DNA of 64,000 nucleotides, from positions 93,930,001 through 93,994,000 of the forward strand of contig CM060731.1 of NCBI GenBank assembly GCA_030704615.1, read 5' to 3'. Positions 9,770 to 23,560 of this stretch are shown here, piece after piece; the first letter of the stretch is position 1, and each line of letters starts with the position of its first letter. Source of the stretch: Takakia lepidozioides. Taxonomy: Eukaryota > Plantae > Bryophyta. Made by a program: the position numbers and the translations under genes. The notes beneath the pieces are model-generated. The model made no database searches. It had not been told where the DNA came from and worked only from the letters and a program-made list of their open reading frames with translations.

Positions 9770-11596
9770 TGCCCCCGTCGTCAATGTTTCATCGAGTGCT
9801 TCAACTAGCACCTGTAGAGCCAAAATGTGTGGTGTTTGATCCTACTATGGCAGAGGCTTCTAAGGAGATTTCTAAAAAACGTCAAAAAGTTTATGACTTG
9901 AACAGATATTTTCAAGATAATTGGGTTGCCAAACTTCCTCGGGCGAGTCTGTTGTTGGTGCAGATGGGAGGGTCACTCAAGTTCGTTGAAAAGTCTATAC
10001 TAGGATTGAGGGAAAAGACAAGTTGTTTGTTCCAAAACTTGACAGCTTGTGGAAACATGCTGGACGTCGCAAGGCTCTAGTTGCAATGCCGGAAGTGGCA
10101 GTACTAGAGATTATTACTAGTTCTTGAACTCTAACACTGCCCTAATTTTCCACCTGCTTGGTGAAGGTCGCCCCATGACCGATTATGAAGCTATGCACAG
10201 TTTGTTCAGGTTCTTAAATGTTCCTCATAATCCTGTCAAACATTGGTCAGACTCTTCTGGTTGGGAGATGGCAGATGTTATGCATCAAATTGTATTGAAA
10301 GCCAATTGTGTTGTAGCATCAAAGTTCTGTAGCATCTCTGCAGATGAAGTTACCACCATTGATAACCAAAGCTGGTTGTTTGTCCATGCATATGTTGTGC
10401 AAAATTGGAGGCGGATTCATATTCTATTGACACTTGAGCATGTTGTGGAAGGGGGAAATGCTGACAACTGGAAGTGGATGATGGTGGGTGCACTCATGAA
10501 TTTCGGTGGGTTGATGTCAGAGCACCAGATTGGCGGGCGATTGATGTGCATGGGTGCTAACGGGGTCTCTGTTTTTCAAGGCATTCGGACATGAGTTACA
10601 GTTCAACTCCAAGAGCAATATGCACCATATATGATAGGCGTTCATTGTATGGCGTATCAAACAAACTTGACTGTTCAGGCTTTATCCAATGTGGGTATGG
10701 TCTGCAAGTTGGAACAGCTCTTGCAAGCTCGTTATGGGTATTTTTCTACCTCTCCCAAACGTCATCTTGAGTTTACTAAACTTGCAGAGATTGTGAAAAC
10801 AGAGGGACTAAAGATCTTGCGTAATGTGAAAACGCGATGGATCAGCATGTTGGAGCCCCTTAAAAGGGTGGCAGCAGAGTACAAAACACTCATTGTCAAA
10901 ATGGCTATTGATAGTGGTTCAGTTGGGGCTGCAAAGGTGAACCTGACTCTGTTATGTGATTTGGAAACCATCTTGAGCCTACCTTACAGTCTTTTACCAT
11001 TGTTGGAGTCTGTCAACATGCTTATCAAGTTTGCCCAAACGAGGGATGCCTTTGTGTGTGATTTTGTTATTGTTGTCAAGATATGCCAAGCAGAATTATA
11101 TACGATGTATCCTGATCCCACCACAGCGTTCAAGGCTGATCACTTTCAAGAGTTCACAGATGTGGTTTCAAATACAAGTTGTAGGATCACACAAGATTGG
11201 GTGACTGACCTCAATACCAATCATGAAACTTTAGTTTTCAAGATCATGGGGCAATCTTATATGGCCCATAGCATGTCACCAGTGACTGGGCAGCCTTCTG
11301 CTGTGAACAGAACAGATTTTGCTAACCATGTAGCACGAGTAAAAGCCCAATGTACTGCTGCAGCTGATCTACTGGTTTCTGAACTTGAGAAGAGGTTCCC
11401 TAGGCATATGGCAGTCCTCAAACAAGTCTACTGTACCCCAAAGAAGGCAACATCAACTGACCATTGGATCCAAGAGCCTCTCAATGACAACTTGCTTGAT
11501 TTGCAGATGTACCTATTCAAGTTGACAATGAAAACTAATGCTCAAAAGGCCATGGGTGAGCCCTTTGACATGAACCCTGTTACAAAGCTTTGGCAA
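9770..11596 (+). pseudogene. hAT transposase (ZNF862-like), 5' portion, frameshifted
   Basis: RYFQDNWVAKLP(W) zinc-finger-type start, GRPMTDYE, ISADEVTTIDNQSW, MGANGVSVFQG, IGVHCMAYQTNL, VKTRWISML; several stops and frameshifts. Confidence 0.85.
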
Positions 11597-12077
11597 TACA
11601 GCCTAAATTAGCAAAGGTCAGTTATGGGCTTAAGCCATAAATAGTAAAAGTATAAGAAAGGCTTTAAGCAAAGCCATATACAGTAAAAGTATATGTATAG
11701 ACTTAAGCAAAGTCTAAAAGAAGGCTAGAGCCAAATAAAGCAAAAAGTAAGCTATAAGAGCATGGAGGGATATCAGGAATAGCTACAACGATATCTTAAG
11801 AGCAAGGGGGTGAAACCTCAAAGAGTACTTAAAGGGGACCTGGTGCTAAGTCGAGGGAGGAGAACACAGTCAGGGAACAGAAGGACAAGTAGTCAGAGAG
11901 AGCTTGATGATCAGACGTGGTTACTCTGAGCCTTGAGAGAGCAAGGCAGTCTTAGCACCAAGAGGGATCCTGTACTCTTTAGCAAGTAGGCAAGAGAGGT
12001 CTCTAAGGTTGGGAGGTTATCTTGCTCAGAGGTGGCTTAGTTGTTAAGTACTTTCCATAAAAGATTTGATCGTTACA
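11597..12077 (+). repeat. 5' LTR (first few bases and left TSD apparently deleted)
   Basis: Direct repeat of 22643-23127; ends ...GATCGTTACA. Confidence 0.9.
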
Positions 12078-12079
12078 TT

Positions 12080-12091
12080 TGGTATCAGAGC
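12080..12091 (+). promoter_or_regulatory. Primer-binding site, tRNA-iMet
   Basis: TGGTATCAGAGC, 2 nt after the LTR end. Confidence 0.9.
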
Positions 12092-12098
12092 GATAGAG

Positions 12099-15000
12099 AT
12101 GACGGATAAGGGGAGTCAGGGTGCAGATGTACCACCAGTTGAGCTTAGGCCACCAGTAGAGGTTAGGCCCGAGTTTAATCAGCCTCCTCCGTTATTGTTT
12201 CAACACCGGAGGAATTATAGAGGATGAAGGCTAGTATAGCGCAGATTAGCCAAGTCGTAGGTTTGGACAGACAAGCCAGTCAGGGAACACTGCAAATGGG
12301 TTGCAAGACTAGTGTCATGAAAGACTATAGTCCACCAAAGTATACGGGTACAGAGTTTGTTTGTACAGTTGATGCAGTAGAGTAGTGGCTCTCCAAGTTT
12401 GAGCAGTACTTTCGCTTGTGTGGCATTAAGACCGATGAAGCAAAGATTTCAAATGCGGTGGTGTACCTGTACGACGCGACACATCGTTCGTGGAGGAAGT
12501 TGGAGGCTGATGCAAATTAAACTTCCCGTCACATGGACAGAGTTTCGGACAATATTTGAGACCAACTTTGTACCACCAGACGAAGAAGGCCGAAACATAC
12601 AGTCGTGGAGGTATCTGAGACAGGGAACTTTAAGTGTTCAGGCATATGCAGATAAGTATCGTGAGCATACCTTAAAGTTCCCAAGGATGTCACTGATGTA
12701 GTACAACTTGTTTTCTTTGTACAAGGTCTTAAAGATGAGATTAGACCCGATGTCCAAAAAGCTAGAAGTGCGTCTTTACAAGATGCAATAGAACTAGTTT
12801 TGATGTACGAAGGTGGAAAAAAATTACATCAAGCCAGAGAGGCTGGAACCAATTATAATCAGTCAAAACGATTTTTTGGAAAGCCAGCCAATTGGGGAAC
12901 CAACCAAGCTAAGGTTGGATTCAAAAGGAAAGAATCCCCTATGGCTGAGAGGGCTTTTCAAAAATCAGTATTGACGCCAGAACAAAAAGACAAAGCCAAG
13001 AGAGAAGGCTTGTGTTTTGGATGCCTAGGGCCACATCAGTGGAAAGGGTGTCCACAAAACAACCATAAGAAAGTGGCAATGATGCAAGTGAGTCAGGTTC
13101 CAGGAACCCAGGGGGATAATCCTGAAATTGTTGGTAGACCTTCAAGAAAAGCTTTCTTTGTGTCCATGAGAAGACGGTGTCGCATGCACCAGACTGCTTC
13201 CTCTCGCAAGAGGCCAGCAATGGATATCAGTTTGATGGGGCACATCTGATCAAGATGATTGGAAAGGTGCAAGGTGAGAAGGTACTTGTATTGTTTGACA
13301 CTGGATCCACGCATAATGTAATAAGCTCACACATGGTTAAGAAGTTGAACTTACCCATGGAGCCTTCACCATACCAGTACACGGTGGAGATGGCTGATGG
13401 CAAGGGAACGGAAATATGGGATAAGCGAATCCCAAATCTCAAATTGACCATACAAGAGTATTTTGAGAATTTGAGTTCTGAGATTACCAAGTTGGCCAGA
13501 TATGATGTGGTATTGGGGAAAGGGTGGCATGCTCAGAAAGAACCTAGTATCAATTTCAAGACTCATGTGTACCAGTTTGAACATGAGGGTAGAAATATCA
13601 TGAACGAGGTGAGCGCTACTTGCCAGATACGCCCTTGGTTACAGCGATGCGAGTTCTTCAAGTGTCAGATTGTAAGTATCTGAACCTATGTTTTTTGCAA
13701 GAGGTCTTAGAAGAATACGGAACAGAGATGGTTCCATCTGTAGACAATTCCATGACAAGTTGGGTACTTCAAATTCGCACGGGATGGAGGCTTTAGAGAC
13801 CTGTGAGCAAATGATCGGGGAATTTGCAGATGTTTTTCGTTCAGAGTTGCCGAATCATTTGCCTCCTAGACGGAATGTTGAGCATCGAATTGAGCTTATA
13901 CCTGGATCTAGTCCAGTAAGTCGACCTCCTTATATGACAAGTTTAAAGGAAGAAGAGGTGGTTAGAACAATGTTGGACGAGTACCTAAGGTTGGGTCAGA
14001 TTCGTCCAAGTTATTCTCCGTTTGCTGCTCCAGTCCTTTTGGTACCTAAGAAGGATAAGTCTTTTCGTATGTGCATTGATTACCATGGTCTGAACAAAAT
14101 TACTGTTAAACATCGATATCCTATGCCTCGGATTGATGATTTGATGGATGTTTTATAGGGAGCCTCAATCTTCAGCAAGATTAATCTCAAGAGCGGCTAT
14201 CATCAGATCAGGATAAGAGATGAGGATGTGTTTAAGACAGCTTTTAGGACCAAGTTTGGTCATTACGAGTTTTTGGTTATGCCATTTGGTTTGACAAATG
14301 CTCCTGCGACATTCATGATACTAATGAATGATGTTTTGAGACCTTTCATGGGAAAATTTGTGGTTGATTTTGTTGATGACATATTGGTCTACAGTAAAAC
14401 AATTGAGGAACATGTGGTTCATCTCCGTCAAAGTTCTAACAACCTTACGCAGGGTTACACTGTGTGCTAATCCAAGCAAGTGTAAGTTGATTAAATTTGA
14501 GGTGGAGTATTTAGGACACATTGTGTCAGTGGATGGTGTCAAGATGGATCCTAAGAAGGTAGCTGTCATACTCAGATGGCCTAGATACTGATTTGTTAGC
14601 AGGTTGTACGAGTGGACTGCGTTGCAACAAGAAGGTTTTGATCTCTTAAAACGTGCTGTAGCTACAGCACCTGTATTAAAGATTGTAGATCTACAAAAGC
14701 CTTTTGTGTTGGAAACGGATGCTAGTCGCATTGTTGTTGGAGCGGTCCTAAGTCAGGAGGGTCGGCCAGTTGCTTTTGAGAGCCGAAAGCTTAATCTAGC
14801 TCAACAGAGATACCGCACACATGAGCAAGAGTTGTATGCTATTATACACGCCTTAAAAGTTTGGAGGCACTACTTGTATGGGGCAGTGTTTACAGTCTAT
14901 ACAAATCATAAGACACTTACCTAATTCTGTAACCAACCTTATCTCAAGGGACGTCAAGCTCAATGGTCTGAATTGATGCAGGAATTCCACATGGAGATTC

Positions 15001-16260
15001 GGTACAGAAGAGGTAAGGATAATGTGGTAGCTGATGCATTGTCTCGTATTATGTATCAGATGGCTTTTACAGTAATAGAGAACAGTCTCCTAGTGGAGAT
15101 AAGAGAAGCTCAAAGAGAGGATGATCATATCCTAAGGGTGTGGGAAAGGGTTAACCAAGACAATATTGCGCAGAATGATAGATCAGTTTCATTTGAGTCC
15201 ACCACTAAAGTCCACACTTACACCATTGAGGATGGTTTCGTGAAACGGAAAGACAAAGTTTGCATTCCAAGTTCAAGAGAACTTCGAAAGAAGATTCTTA
15301 CAGAATGTCATGACAATCCTTGTGCAGGACATCTAGGGGTTGAGAAAACCTATGAGTTAGTGCGACGACACTTTTGGTGGCCTAAGCTCAAGGCAAGCGT
15401 GCATGAGTATGTGACACATTGTTTCAGGTGTCAAGTCATTAAAGTAGAACACCTGAAGTCTCCAGGGTTGTTACATCTGTTGGAAATTCCACAAGGTCGG
15501 TGGGAAAGCAATTCCATGGATTTTATTACTGATTTGCCCAGGACACAATGTGGAAAAGATGCAACTCTAGTGGTTGTAGATAGATTGTCCAAGATGGCTC
15601 ATTTTATTCCTACCAAGAAGGCTGTGGGAGCTCCTGAAGTAGCGGAGTTGTTTGTTCAGGATGTGTTTCGTTTGTGCATGGATTACCTATGTCCATAGTA
15701 TCAGACAAAGATCCTAGATTTATTGGTCATTTCTGGACAGCCGTGTTTAAGACTTTGGATACAAAGCTAAACATGAGCAGTGGAGATCATCCACAGAGTG
15801 ATGGACAACAGACTGAAAGAGTAAATCAGGTTCTAGAAGATATGTTGCGGGCCTATGTAGGTGACAGACCAATCTCATGGGAGAAGTATTTGCCATTGTT
15901 AGAATTTGCATACAATGACAAAAAGCATGATTCAACAGGGATAAGTCCATTTGAGCTAGTATATGGGTATAGACCCACGAGCCCAGTTATGATTGGATTT
16001 CCACAAAATGTACCTAGTGCAGCAGAGTTTGTAACTCAGATGCAAGAGCAGCTAGCAAGTGCAAGGTTGCATATTCGTAAGGCCTCAGATCGGGCTAAGA
16101 GTTATGCGGATAAGAAACGCACTTTCAGGGAATTCAAGGTGGGGGACAAAGTGTTCCTATTGATACCATCACCTTCACCTACCCTTGTGAAAGGGAAAGG
16201 TAAGAAGAAGGGTAAGAAGTTATCTCCTCGATATTGTGGACCTTGGCTGATTGTGAAACG
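12099..16260 (+). pseudogene. gag-pol (gag, CCHC knuckle, protease, RT, RNase H, integrase)
   Basis: LRQGTLSVQAY; CFGCLGPHQWKGC; LFDTGSTHN; [22 protein letters not shown]; [17 protein letters not shown]; LETDAS; NVVADALSR; H-H-C-C zinc finger; SMDFITDLP; RYCGPW. Many stops and frameshifts. Confidence 0.95.
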
Positions 16261-18169
16261 CACTACAACAGATTGCGGCTTTTACGTCTCTGTGTTATGA
16301 CTGCAAATGCAGTTATGGAAGCCATTTACGACTTCCTGACTCTGAAGACGTAAAAGCCTAGTCAGTTGTGACATGGCAGATATGACTCTCCAGGTTGGCT
16401 GTGACGTGGCGCCTGAGCAGATGTGGGGGTAGTCATACACGTTGGCTTTACTGAATGACTGAACGGACAGTGTAGTCCATGTCAGCGGCTGTGCAAGAGT
16501 GACACGTGCTTGATACAAGAAATGACACGTGGCAAAGTGTTCGCTCTCCATGACTGTGAACTATGACTACAGGTGTGCTAATCCGGTTGCAACACGTGGC
16601 ACGCTGCAATTTTTACACGTGGTCCCTCAGCAGATTGACATGTGCCATGATGGGTGTTTTTTTGGGTGTATTGCTATTTTTTAACATATTTGTAATTCTG
16701 CCACGTGGTGTAGTACTATTGGAGAGTGGAAATAGATGTAGTCATTATTATGACTATGATAGCAGTCATGTACATGTCTATTACAACAATGAAATATAAT
16801 ATATAATACAAAAGGAACAAGGCAGCAAGACATAACTGCAACAAGCTGAGCAAAACCAAGAGATTGTACACCATCTCTATTTACCAATCTATTTATCATT
16901 ATCATTTTTGTCGCGATCTAAAAATACATAAAATAGTCATATGTTCTCATGTGAATTAATTGTCTAACTATAACACTTTGAAAAGAGTTCACCCAGAATC
17001 TTCTAACTACTCATGTATTCCATCAATCTGCAACCCATCAAAAACTAAGGCTTGCATGTCTTTAAGAATTACTATAGCAAGGACATCTGTTTCTTTTCCA
17101 AGTTCTTGCATAAGATGCACCAACCAACATTGCATTGTGAGACACTCACTCGCTATACTCCAAAGCGTCCAGGGAAGGTCACTGAGCAACTTGCCAAGGC
17201 GAAAACAATTAAGAGATTATCTAATACCACATATGAAAAACCAATGCCAGTGTTGTTTATGGTAACTTCTATCCCATGGACTCGTAAACAAACCAAAGCA
17301 AAAAGGTTGGTGTGTGTTGGCGAAGTTGTCAGATACTTCACAAAGAAACATGCACGAAAAATGAGAGCCAGGAGGATAGGAAGGTCATTCACGTTTATAC
17401 AAAGACGTCTTGCCCATTGCCCAGCACCCTACGTCACCCACATTCTATCTCTACTCCTTCAGCTATCCATGCCTCTGCACAAATCAAGCATTCATCCTTG
17501 CTTTGCTGCTAGCAGCTGACAATGACAGCCTACATTTGTTCTAGGAAACACCCAACTCAGCGTAGCACACTAGTTCCTATCTCAATTGCGTCTGCTACTA
17601 TCTGAAATGTAGCAGGCATTCACCTTTCTGCCCCGATTGACCCATCAGTGACTGGGCTCAGATAAGTATTCATTCCACAGCTTCTCCTCGTCTCTGTTAC
17701 CTGTTTTTTGACACTTTCTTGTTGTCGCATTGGCAGTATCATGTCAAAGTCACTCCAAACTAGATTCACTCAACCAACTAACTTGCAGAATTGAACGTGG
17801 AAATTTAGGGCCGATTCTGATAAGAGGGAAAAACAGGGTGAAATGTGTTGAAGAAGATGCCTTCATTAGCAGTGCCTGATTTTATCACTGCCGCTGCTGC
17901 CAGTTGACCATCTACCCATGCAGGTTTCTTGTAGCTATTGATCCACAGGGAATCACAGGTAATCTTGTGCTTGAAATCTGGCCCTCTTGGATGAATCTGG
18001 ACCCACACAAAATCCCTGCTCCTTCAGCTATCCATGCCTCTGCACAAATCATGCATACATCCTCGCCTTGCTGCTAGCAGCTGACAATGACAGCCTATAA
18101 TTGTCAAAGCAAACACTAGCAGGGAAAATAGGGTGAAATATGTTGAAGAAGGTACCTTCACCCCTTTCC

Positions 18170-18640
18170 CCATCATTTGCTTTCAGGTGTCCAAAGCCCC
18201 ATCCCGCGCTCCTGCTCTGCACACCCTGCAAGCATCGCATTCCACGACACCACATCTGGTTCAGCCATAGTGTTGAACACTCCCTTGGCATCCTCAATGC
18301 TCCCACATTTAGCATACATGGCCACCAGAGCAATGTTCAGGATGACATCTGGTACAATTTCAGATTTGATGATGTCACCAGGGATCTCTTTGCCCTTTTC
18401 CAGGGCTGCCAGACGCACTGCAAACGCACACAAACGTTATGTCGGCGGCCTTCACCCCTTCCCCCATCATTTGCTCAAAAGGTTGGAGCCTCCATCCCGC
18501 ACCCCAGCTGTGCATACCCTGCAAGCATCGCACTCCACGAAATCATTTCACGCCTTCAGGTTTCAGAACAAACATTACCGTCTTTCTTTATCAGACACAT
18601 GCACCAAGACAGAATCTCACCAAAAGATTGTTGGTGTTCA
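18170..18640 (-). pseudogene. PLS-class PPR gene fragment (Pack-CACTA cargo)
   Basis: ALEKGKEIPGDIIKSEIVPDVILNIALVAMYAKCGSIEDAKGVFNTMAEPDVVSWNAMLAGCA. Confidence 0.85.
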
Positions 18641-19039
18641 ACAGTACCATACATGAAGATAACTAGCACCAAAAGGGCATATGAAGCTTACACTGCTCTC
18701 CACTGGTATTAACCTGCACCAGGATTACCCCTAACCCAGTCAGGAGGACACTCATGGCTGCAGTTTAACTAAAATCACAGCTCTAACATATAATGAAAAG
18801 TAGAGTTCTCCTTGGGGGCATAGCCTTCTAAGATCCAACTGAAGAACTATGCTGATCATGGAGTCGAAGTCTTCCACAACAGCCAAAGCAAACATGGAAG
18901 TATGACTTAAAACCTAACTCTTCCACCCATCTTTTGTCTCTGCCTCTCTTGGTGGCAATTATAGTCTCTCTATGCTAGGCCCTTCTTTTCCTTCTGCTGC
19001 CCTGTTTTGGCTTTGCATCTACTGCCATGACTGATATAG

Positions 19040-19990
19040 GAAAAATTCTACTAGTATCCAAGACACGGATACAACTGCCAACGACAAAAGAAGGGAGAAT
19101 GCACCAATGGCACCCGCAGTTGCCCTTGAAACACCTCGCTCACTACTAACTGCTCCCGGAAAAATCTGAACTGAGCATCCTGCATGGGCATGTCAACAAG
19201 GTGAGATTTCATGCCCCCATGGACCCTGCTATGAACCTATGACCAACCTATCTGTGGACTTTTGAACCACAATTGCCAATAGAAGATGAGATTTAAACAT
19301 ATATAAGACCACCCTGCTACTTCACCCACAATATCCCGGTATCAAGCAAAATGTGGACGGGAGAACTTTGAAATGGCATCGTCAATATGAATGTCTGGAC
19401 ATGCACACCTCCTGAAATCGATCAGACGTGCGAAGTGGCCTTGCAAACTCAAAGCTGTAGCTGCCAGTGCTTCCCATGGTGCCATAAGGGCTATATCAGA
19501 TAGCACCAGCCCTGCAGAGACTCTGCTCAGTATTTCTACAACATCTAAAGTAATTTCTACTTTGCAAGCTTTCCTACCAGGGGACACAGTTGACAAAGTC
19601 CTGGTGACAACATACTCACACCAGCTTGAAAACAAGTAAGAGTAAACACAAAGCTATCTTGTGAAGCACAAAAACAAAGAAAATAGGAATCATCAGAGAG
19701 AAAGATACCATAATCAGTATCTGTAATGCTATGAGTCCAAGATCCACGCCAGTCATTTGGCGCACCACGAACCTTTCTTGAAAACAACAGTTGAATTGTT
19801 AACAGAGCACCTCTTTGCACCTTTACTTTCTTCACACCCTGGTAAGCATTGTAATGCAAAACCCAAAGTGGAACATAAATTAGAGACAAATAGGAAGGAG
19901 AGAAGGCAAACCTTTAGGGCCATCCCCATCAACATAGCGGCCATGTGGGTTCCAAGCTATACATCATTCAAATTGCCAAAACTGCCACAT
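19040..19990 (-). pseudogene. Captured intron-containing 3' fragment of a plant heme-binding DOMON/EB_dh-type gene (resembles Arabidopsis AT3G62370)
   Basis: Peptides in conserved order: FGNLNDV.AWNPHGRYVDGDGPK | APNDWRGSWTHS | SPYGTMGSTGSYSFEFARPLRTSDRFQ | hydrophobic C-terminal segment. Recognised from memory, not searched. Confidence 0.65.
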
Positions 19991-22316
19991 CATTTGCCAT
20001 GAAAACCAAGTCAGACATTCCAGCCTTGTTCATCATGCAGGTACCGAGACTCTCCTGTCCCACTTCAACTTTTTGATTATAGTGAGACGCTTCCTATAAC
20101 TGTGGCGTACTGAAGAGAAAATACACTCTTTAGTCACTTGAAAAGATGCATTCTGCCACTGAATATATTCCTTACACAACCCATGGATGTAAGAGGAAAG
20201 CAGTCAAGAGTATAGTGGTGTAACGGCACGACATTCTTGGCACTGAAGAGCTCCACGGCCCAACAAACTCCCCCTTACTCTCGTCCAAGTCCCTACACGT
20301 CTGAAAATTTCAAAACTGGCTTTACAAACCTAATAATTCAAGCATAATCAGTATTCAAGCTAAGGAAGCTTTACAAGCATCGTGTTGCGAGTAAAGCCTT
20401 GGCAATGTCACCAGGAAATCCCTGGCTGAATGGATGACACTGAAATAATGGAGCTTGAAATCCGGCCCTCTTGGACGAATCTGGGCCCACACTCTATCCC
20501 TGCTCCTTCAGCTATCTATGCATCTGCACAAAATCATGCATACATCCTTGCCTTCCTGCTAGCAGCTGATAATGACAGCCTAGAATTGTTCCAGCAAACA
20601 CCCCCAACCCTACTTATCAACGAGCAATGAGCTAACTTACAAAATTCAATATGCATCTCAGGGCCGAGTCTGATGAGAGGGCAAAACAGGCTGAAATAGG
20701 TCAAAGAAGAAGGTGCCCTCACCACATTGGCCTTGACCTTGTGTCATGACCCATGGAGGATTTGACCGACCATCAACCCAAAAGGACCTCTTGTGTGTGC
20801 TGCTTGTGTCTTGTAGTCAGGTAATGTCGGATTGGTCTGTGAGAACCTGCACCACGGTGCAGCTGAGCAGGCATACATTGAAACACGGCCTGCTAAGACC
20901 AAGCTGACTCTCCCAAGAACCTTGTAAACATCAGGAAGAATATCAAATCATGGTACTAACAGGAGCCAACAGCCCACATTTGCAGGATGGACAAACTTCT
21001 TCACATCGTACATTAAGAAAAAGCCACACCTTGCGATTGCGGTTGTCGCACCATCGTGAAGGATCTTTAAAAACTCATGCCAGCTCTGCTCCATGATTCA
21101 TATTCGGGGCCGAGTCTGATGAGAGGGCAAAACAGGCTGAAATAGGTCGAAGAAGAAGGTGCCCTCACCACATTGTCCTCGACCTTGTGTCATGACCCAT
21201 GGAGGATTTGACTGACCATGAACCCAAGAGGACCTCTTGTGTGTGCTGCTTGTGTCTGTAGTCAGGTAATGTCGGATTGGTCTGTCAGAACCACCACGGT
21301 GCAGCTGATCGGGTAGAGTTGAAACACGGCCTGCTAAGACCAAGCTGAATCTCCCAAGAACGGCGAGTTCCCAGCCGAAACCTCCTCGGACACATACCCT
21401 AGCACCTCCTCACACACATACCCTAGCATTTCTAGGATGCTTGCTTCAGATGCGAAGGTTGCTCCAACTGCGGGCCTCCCATGCATGTTTGCCCTCCCTC
21501 CCGCTCGCTCGCTCTAAGTCCCAGCCCTCTCTCTCTCCCTCCCTCCCGCTCGCTCTAAGTCTGTTCACGGCTACCGTGATGGGCAACTTTTTAAGTTTTC
21601 TAACCTTTTTGTAAACCCTAAAAGCCCCTTTTTGATTTTTTTGATTTTTTTTCTTTTCTTAAAGGAAACCACAGGCCCTTGAGGAGGGGGAAAAATTCAC
21701 CCGCCTTCATTTATGGGCCATAAGACCAACAGGACGATCAACGCCCAGACATACCGTCACGAACAATCCCACACACGGGATATGGGCAACGGGTTTGAAC
21801 CCCAAACCACCAGGGCGACACACTGTGCACTTACCAGCCGATGTGTTTTTTTTTAAATCTTTTTGCACTTTGATTTTTTGTTTTGTTTTGTTTTAAATTC
21901 ATTCTAGTGGTAAGAGTCTCCGTTTTTTCAAAATATAAATACTCATTTATTTTATATATAACCAGAAAAGGATGTGTCGACACGTGTAGTCATGTAGTGA
22001 TTCATCCATGTGATGATATGGCAGAATGCATTAGAGTGAGAGTCATGAAGTCATATGTCTGTCTAGCAATATGCACACGTCATTCCAGTGTAGCCATGAC
22101 CGTGACTGGTAGTCATATCTGCCATGCCAATATTTGTGGTCAAACATGTTTGACCTGTGTTGCGTAGAGTCCGGAGCCATGCAGTTGCATATACGCCTTC
22201 CCTAGACCTGCATTATGATTTCAAAAGCATTTTACGACTGCAAATGGCATTTCTGCCACAAATCTGTCATGATTGCGCACCCATGGGAGTCATAAAAGCC
22301 GCAATCTGTTGTAGTG

Positions 22317-22628
22317 ACGTATTAACGATGTTGCATATAAGCTAGAGCTTCCAGAGTCATGTAAGATACATCCAGTGTTTCATGTCAGTAAGCTCAAGTA
22401 GGTACTTACATGATGGGGATAATTTGGTAGAAGGAACTATACTTTTACAGGAAGGGTCAGAGAGTGACCAACACGGACCTTGGCGGATTTTGGACAAGAG
22501 AGAACGCAGATTGCGCAGTCGTCTCATCAAGGAGTGTTTGGTTGCATGGCATGGGCTTCCTTTGACTGATGCTACTTGGGAGTCTGAGCAGACACTGAGA
22601 CAAAAATACCCAGACTTTGTCATTGTCC
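22317..22628 (+). pseudogene. Integrase C-terminus and chromodomain of the Gypsy element
   Basis: RINDVAYKLELPESCKIHPVFHVSKLK ... ILDKRERRLRSRLIKECLVAWHGLPLTDATWESE. Confidence 0.9.
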
Positions 22629-22642
22629 GAAGGGGTAGAGAA
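22629..22642 (+). promoter_or_regulatory. Polypurine tract
   Basis: GAAGGGGTAGAGAA immediately before the TG of the 3' LTR. Confidence 0.85.
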
Positions 22643-23127
22643 TGTCACAACCTAGATTAGCAAAGGTCAGTTATAGGCTTAAGCAAGCCATAAATAGTAA
22701 AAGTATAAGAAAGGCTTTAAGCAAAGCCATATACAGTAAAAGTATATGTATAGACTTAAGCAAAGTCTAAAGAAGGCTAGAGCCAAGTAAAGCAAAAAGT
22801 AAGCTATAAGAGCATGGAGGGATATCAGGAATAGCTACAGCCTGGATATCTTAAGAGCAAGGGGGTGAGACCTCAAAGAGTACTTAAAGGGGATCTGGTG
22901 CTAAGTCGAGGGAGGAGAACACAGTCAGGGAACAGAAGGACAAGTAAGAGAGGGCGTGATGATCAGACGTGGTTACTGAGTCTTGAGAGAGCAAGGCAGT
23001 CTTAGCACCAAGAGGGATCTTGTACTTTTTAGCAAGCAGACAAGAGAGGTCTCTAAGGTTGGGAGGTTATCTTGCTCAGAGGTGGCTTAGTTGTTAAGTA
23101 CTTTCCATAAAAAGTTTGATCGTTACA
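22643..23127 (+). repeat. 3' LTR
   Basis: TGTCACAA...CGTTACA (TG..CA termini). Confidence 0.95.
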
Positions 23128-23248
23128 ACAACTTTCAACAAATGGCCTCCTGGTTCAGCGCTTGAGTGAGTACATGCGACTTGGTGAAATTGCAGCAGTT
23201 CAAGTGCTGGGAAGTGTGGAAGACGAACAAACTTTCAGCACTTTGGCA
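23128..23248 (+). pseudogene. hAT transposase 3' portion (dimerisation domain), resuming after the Gypsy insertion
   Basis: Continues KLWQ|QLSTNGLLVQRLSEYMRLGEIAAVQVLGSVEDEQTFSTLA (cf. SxxxERxFS). Confidence 0.85.
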
Positions 23249-23560
23249 TCAATATATGAATCGAGATGTTTGTTTTGTTTTGTTTGTAGCGTCGTTGAGA
23301 TCTCCCAAACCACGGGGCCCCAGCCCCAGTGTTTGGTGCCGTTGGAAAGCCCTCGATGAGGAGGGGTGCACTGGCTTGGTCTCATGATTTTTGGACTAGC
23401 GGTGTGGAAGATGTGGAATTTCAAGTGCTTTGGGTCACTGGAAATTCGACAAAAGTAGCAAAGTGGGCTTTCCTGGAGCAGTGATTGGCCCTTCATGTGG
23501 GAGATTTGGAATTTTAAGTCTTTTTTATCGCTGGAAATTCGCGAAAAATAGCAAAGTGGA
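23249..23560 (+). repeat. Dispersed repeat, possibly a Helitron 5' end; second copy at ~57010-57250
   Basis: Shared GTTGGAAAGCCC..GATGAGGAGGGGTGCAC..GGCTTGGTCTCATGA block. It begins TCAATATATG directly after an A and truncates the hAT ORF. Confidence 0.45.

Larger units (their letters stand above)
16261..22316. mobile_element. Non-autonomous Pack-CACTA element, copy 1
   Basis: 24-bp TIR CACTACAACAGATTGCGGCTTTTA at both ends, 3-bp TSD ACG, captured gene fragments inside. Confidence 0.95.
11597..23127 (+). mobile_element. Ty3/Gypsy chromovirus LTR retrotransposon (decayed, with a nested CACTA element)
   Basis: Two ~480-bp LTRs, PBS, PPT, and gag-PR-RT-RH-INT-chromodomain order. Confidence 0.95.
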
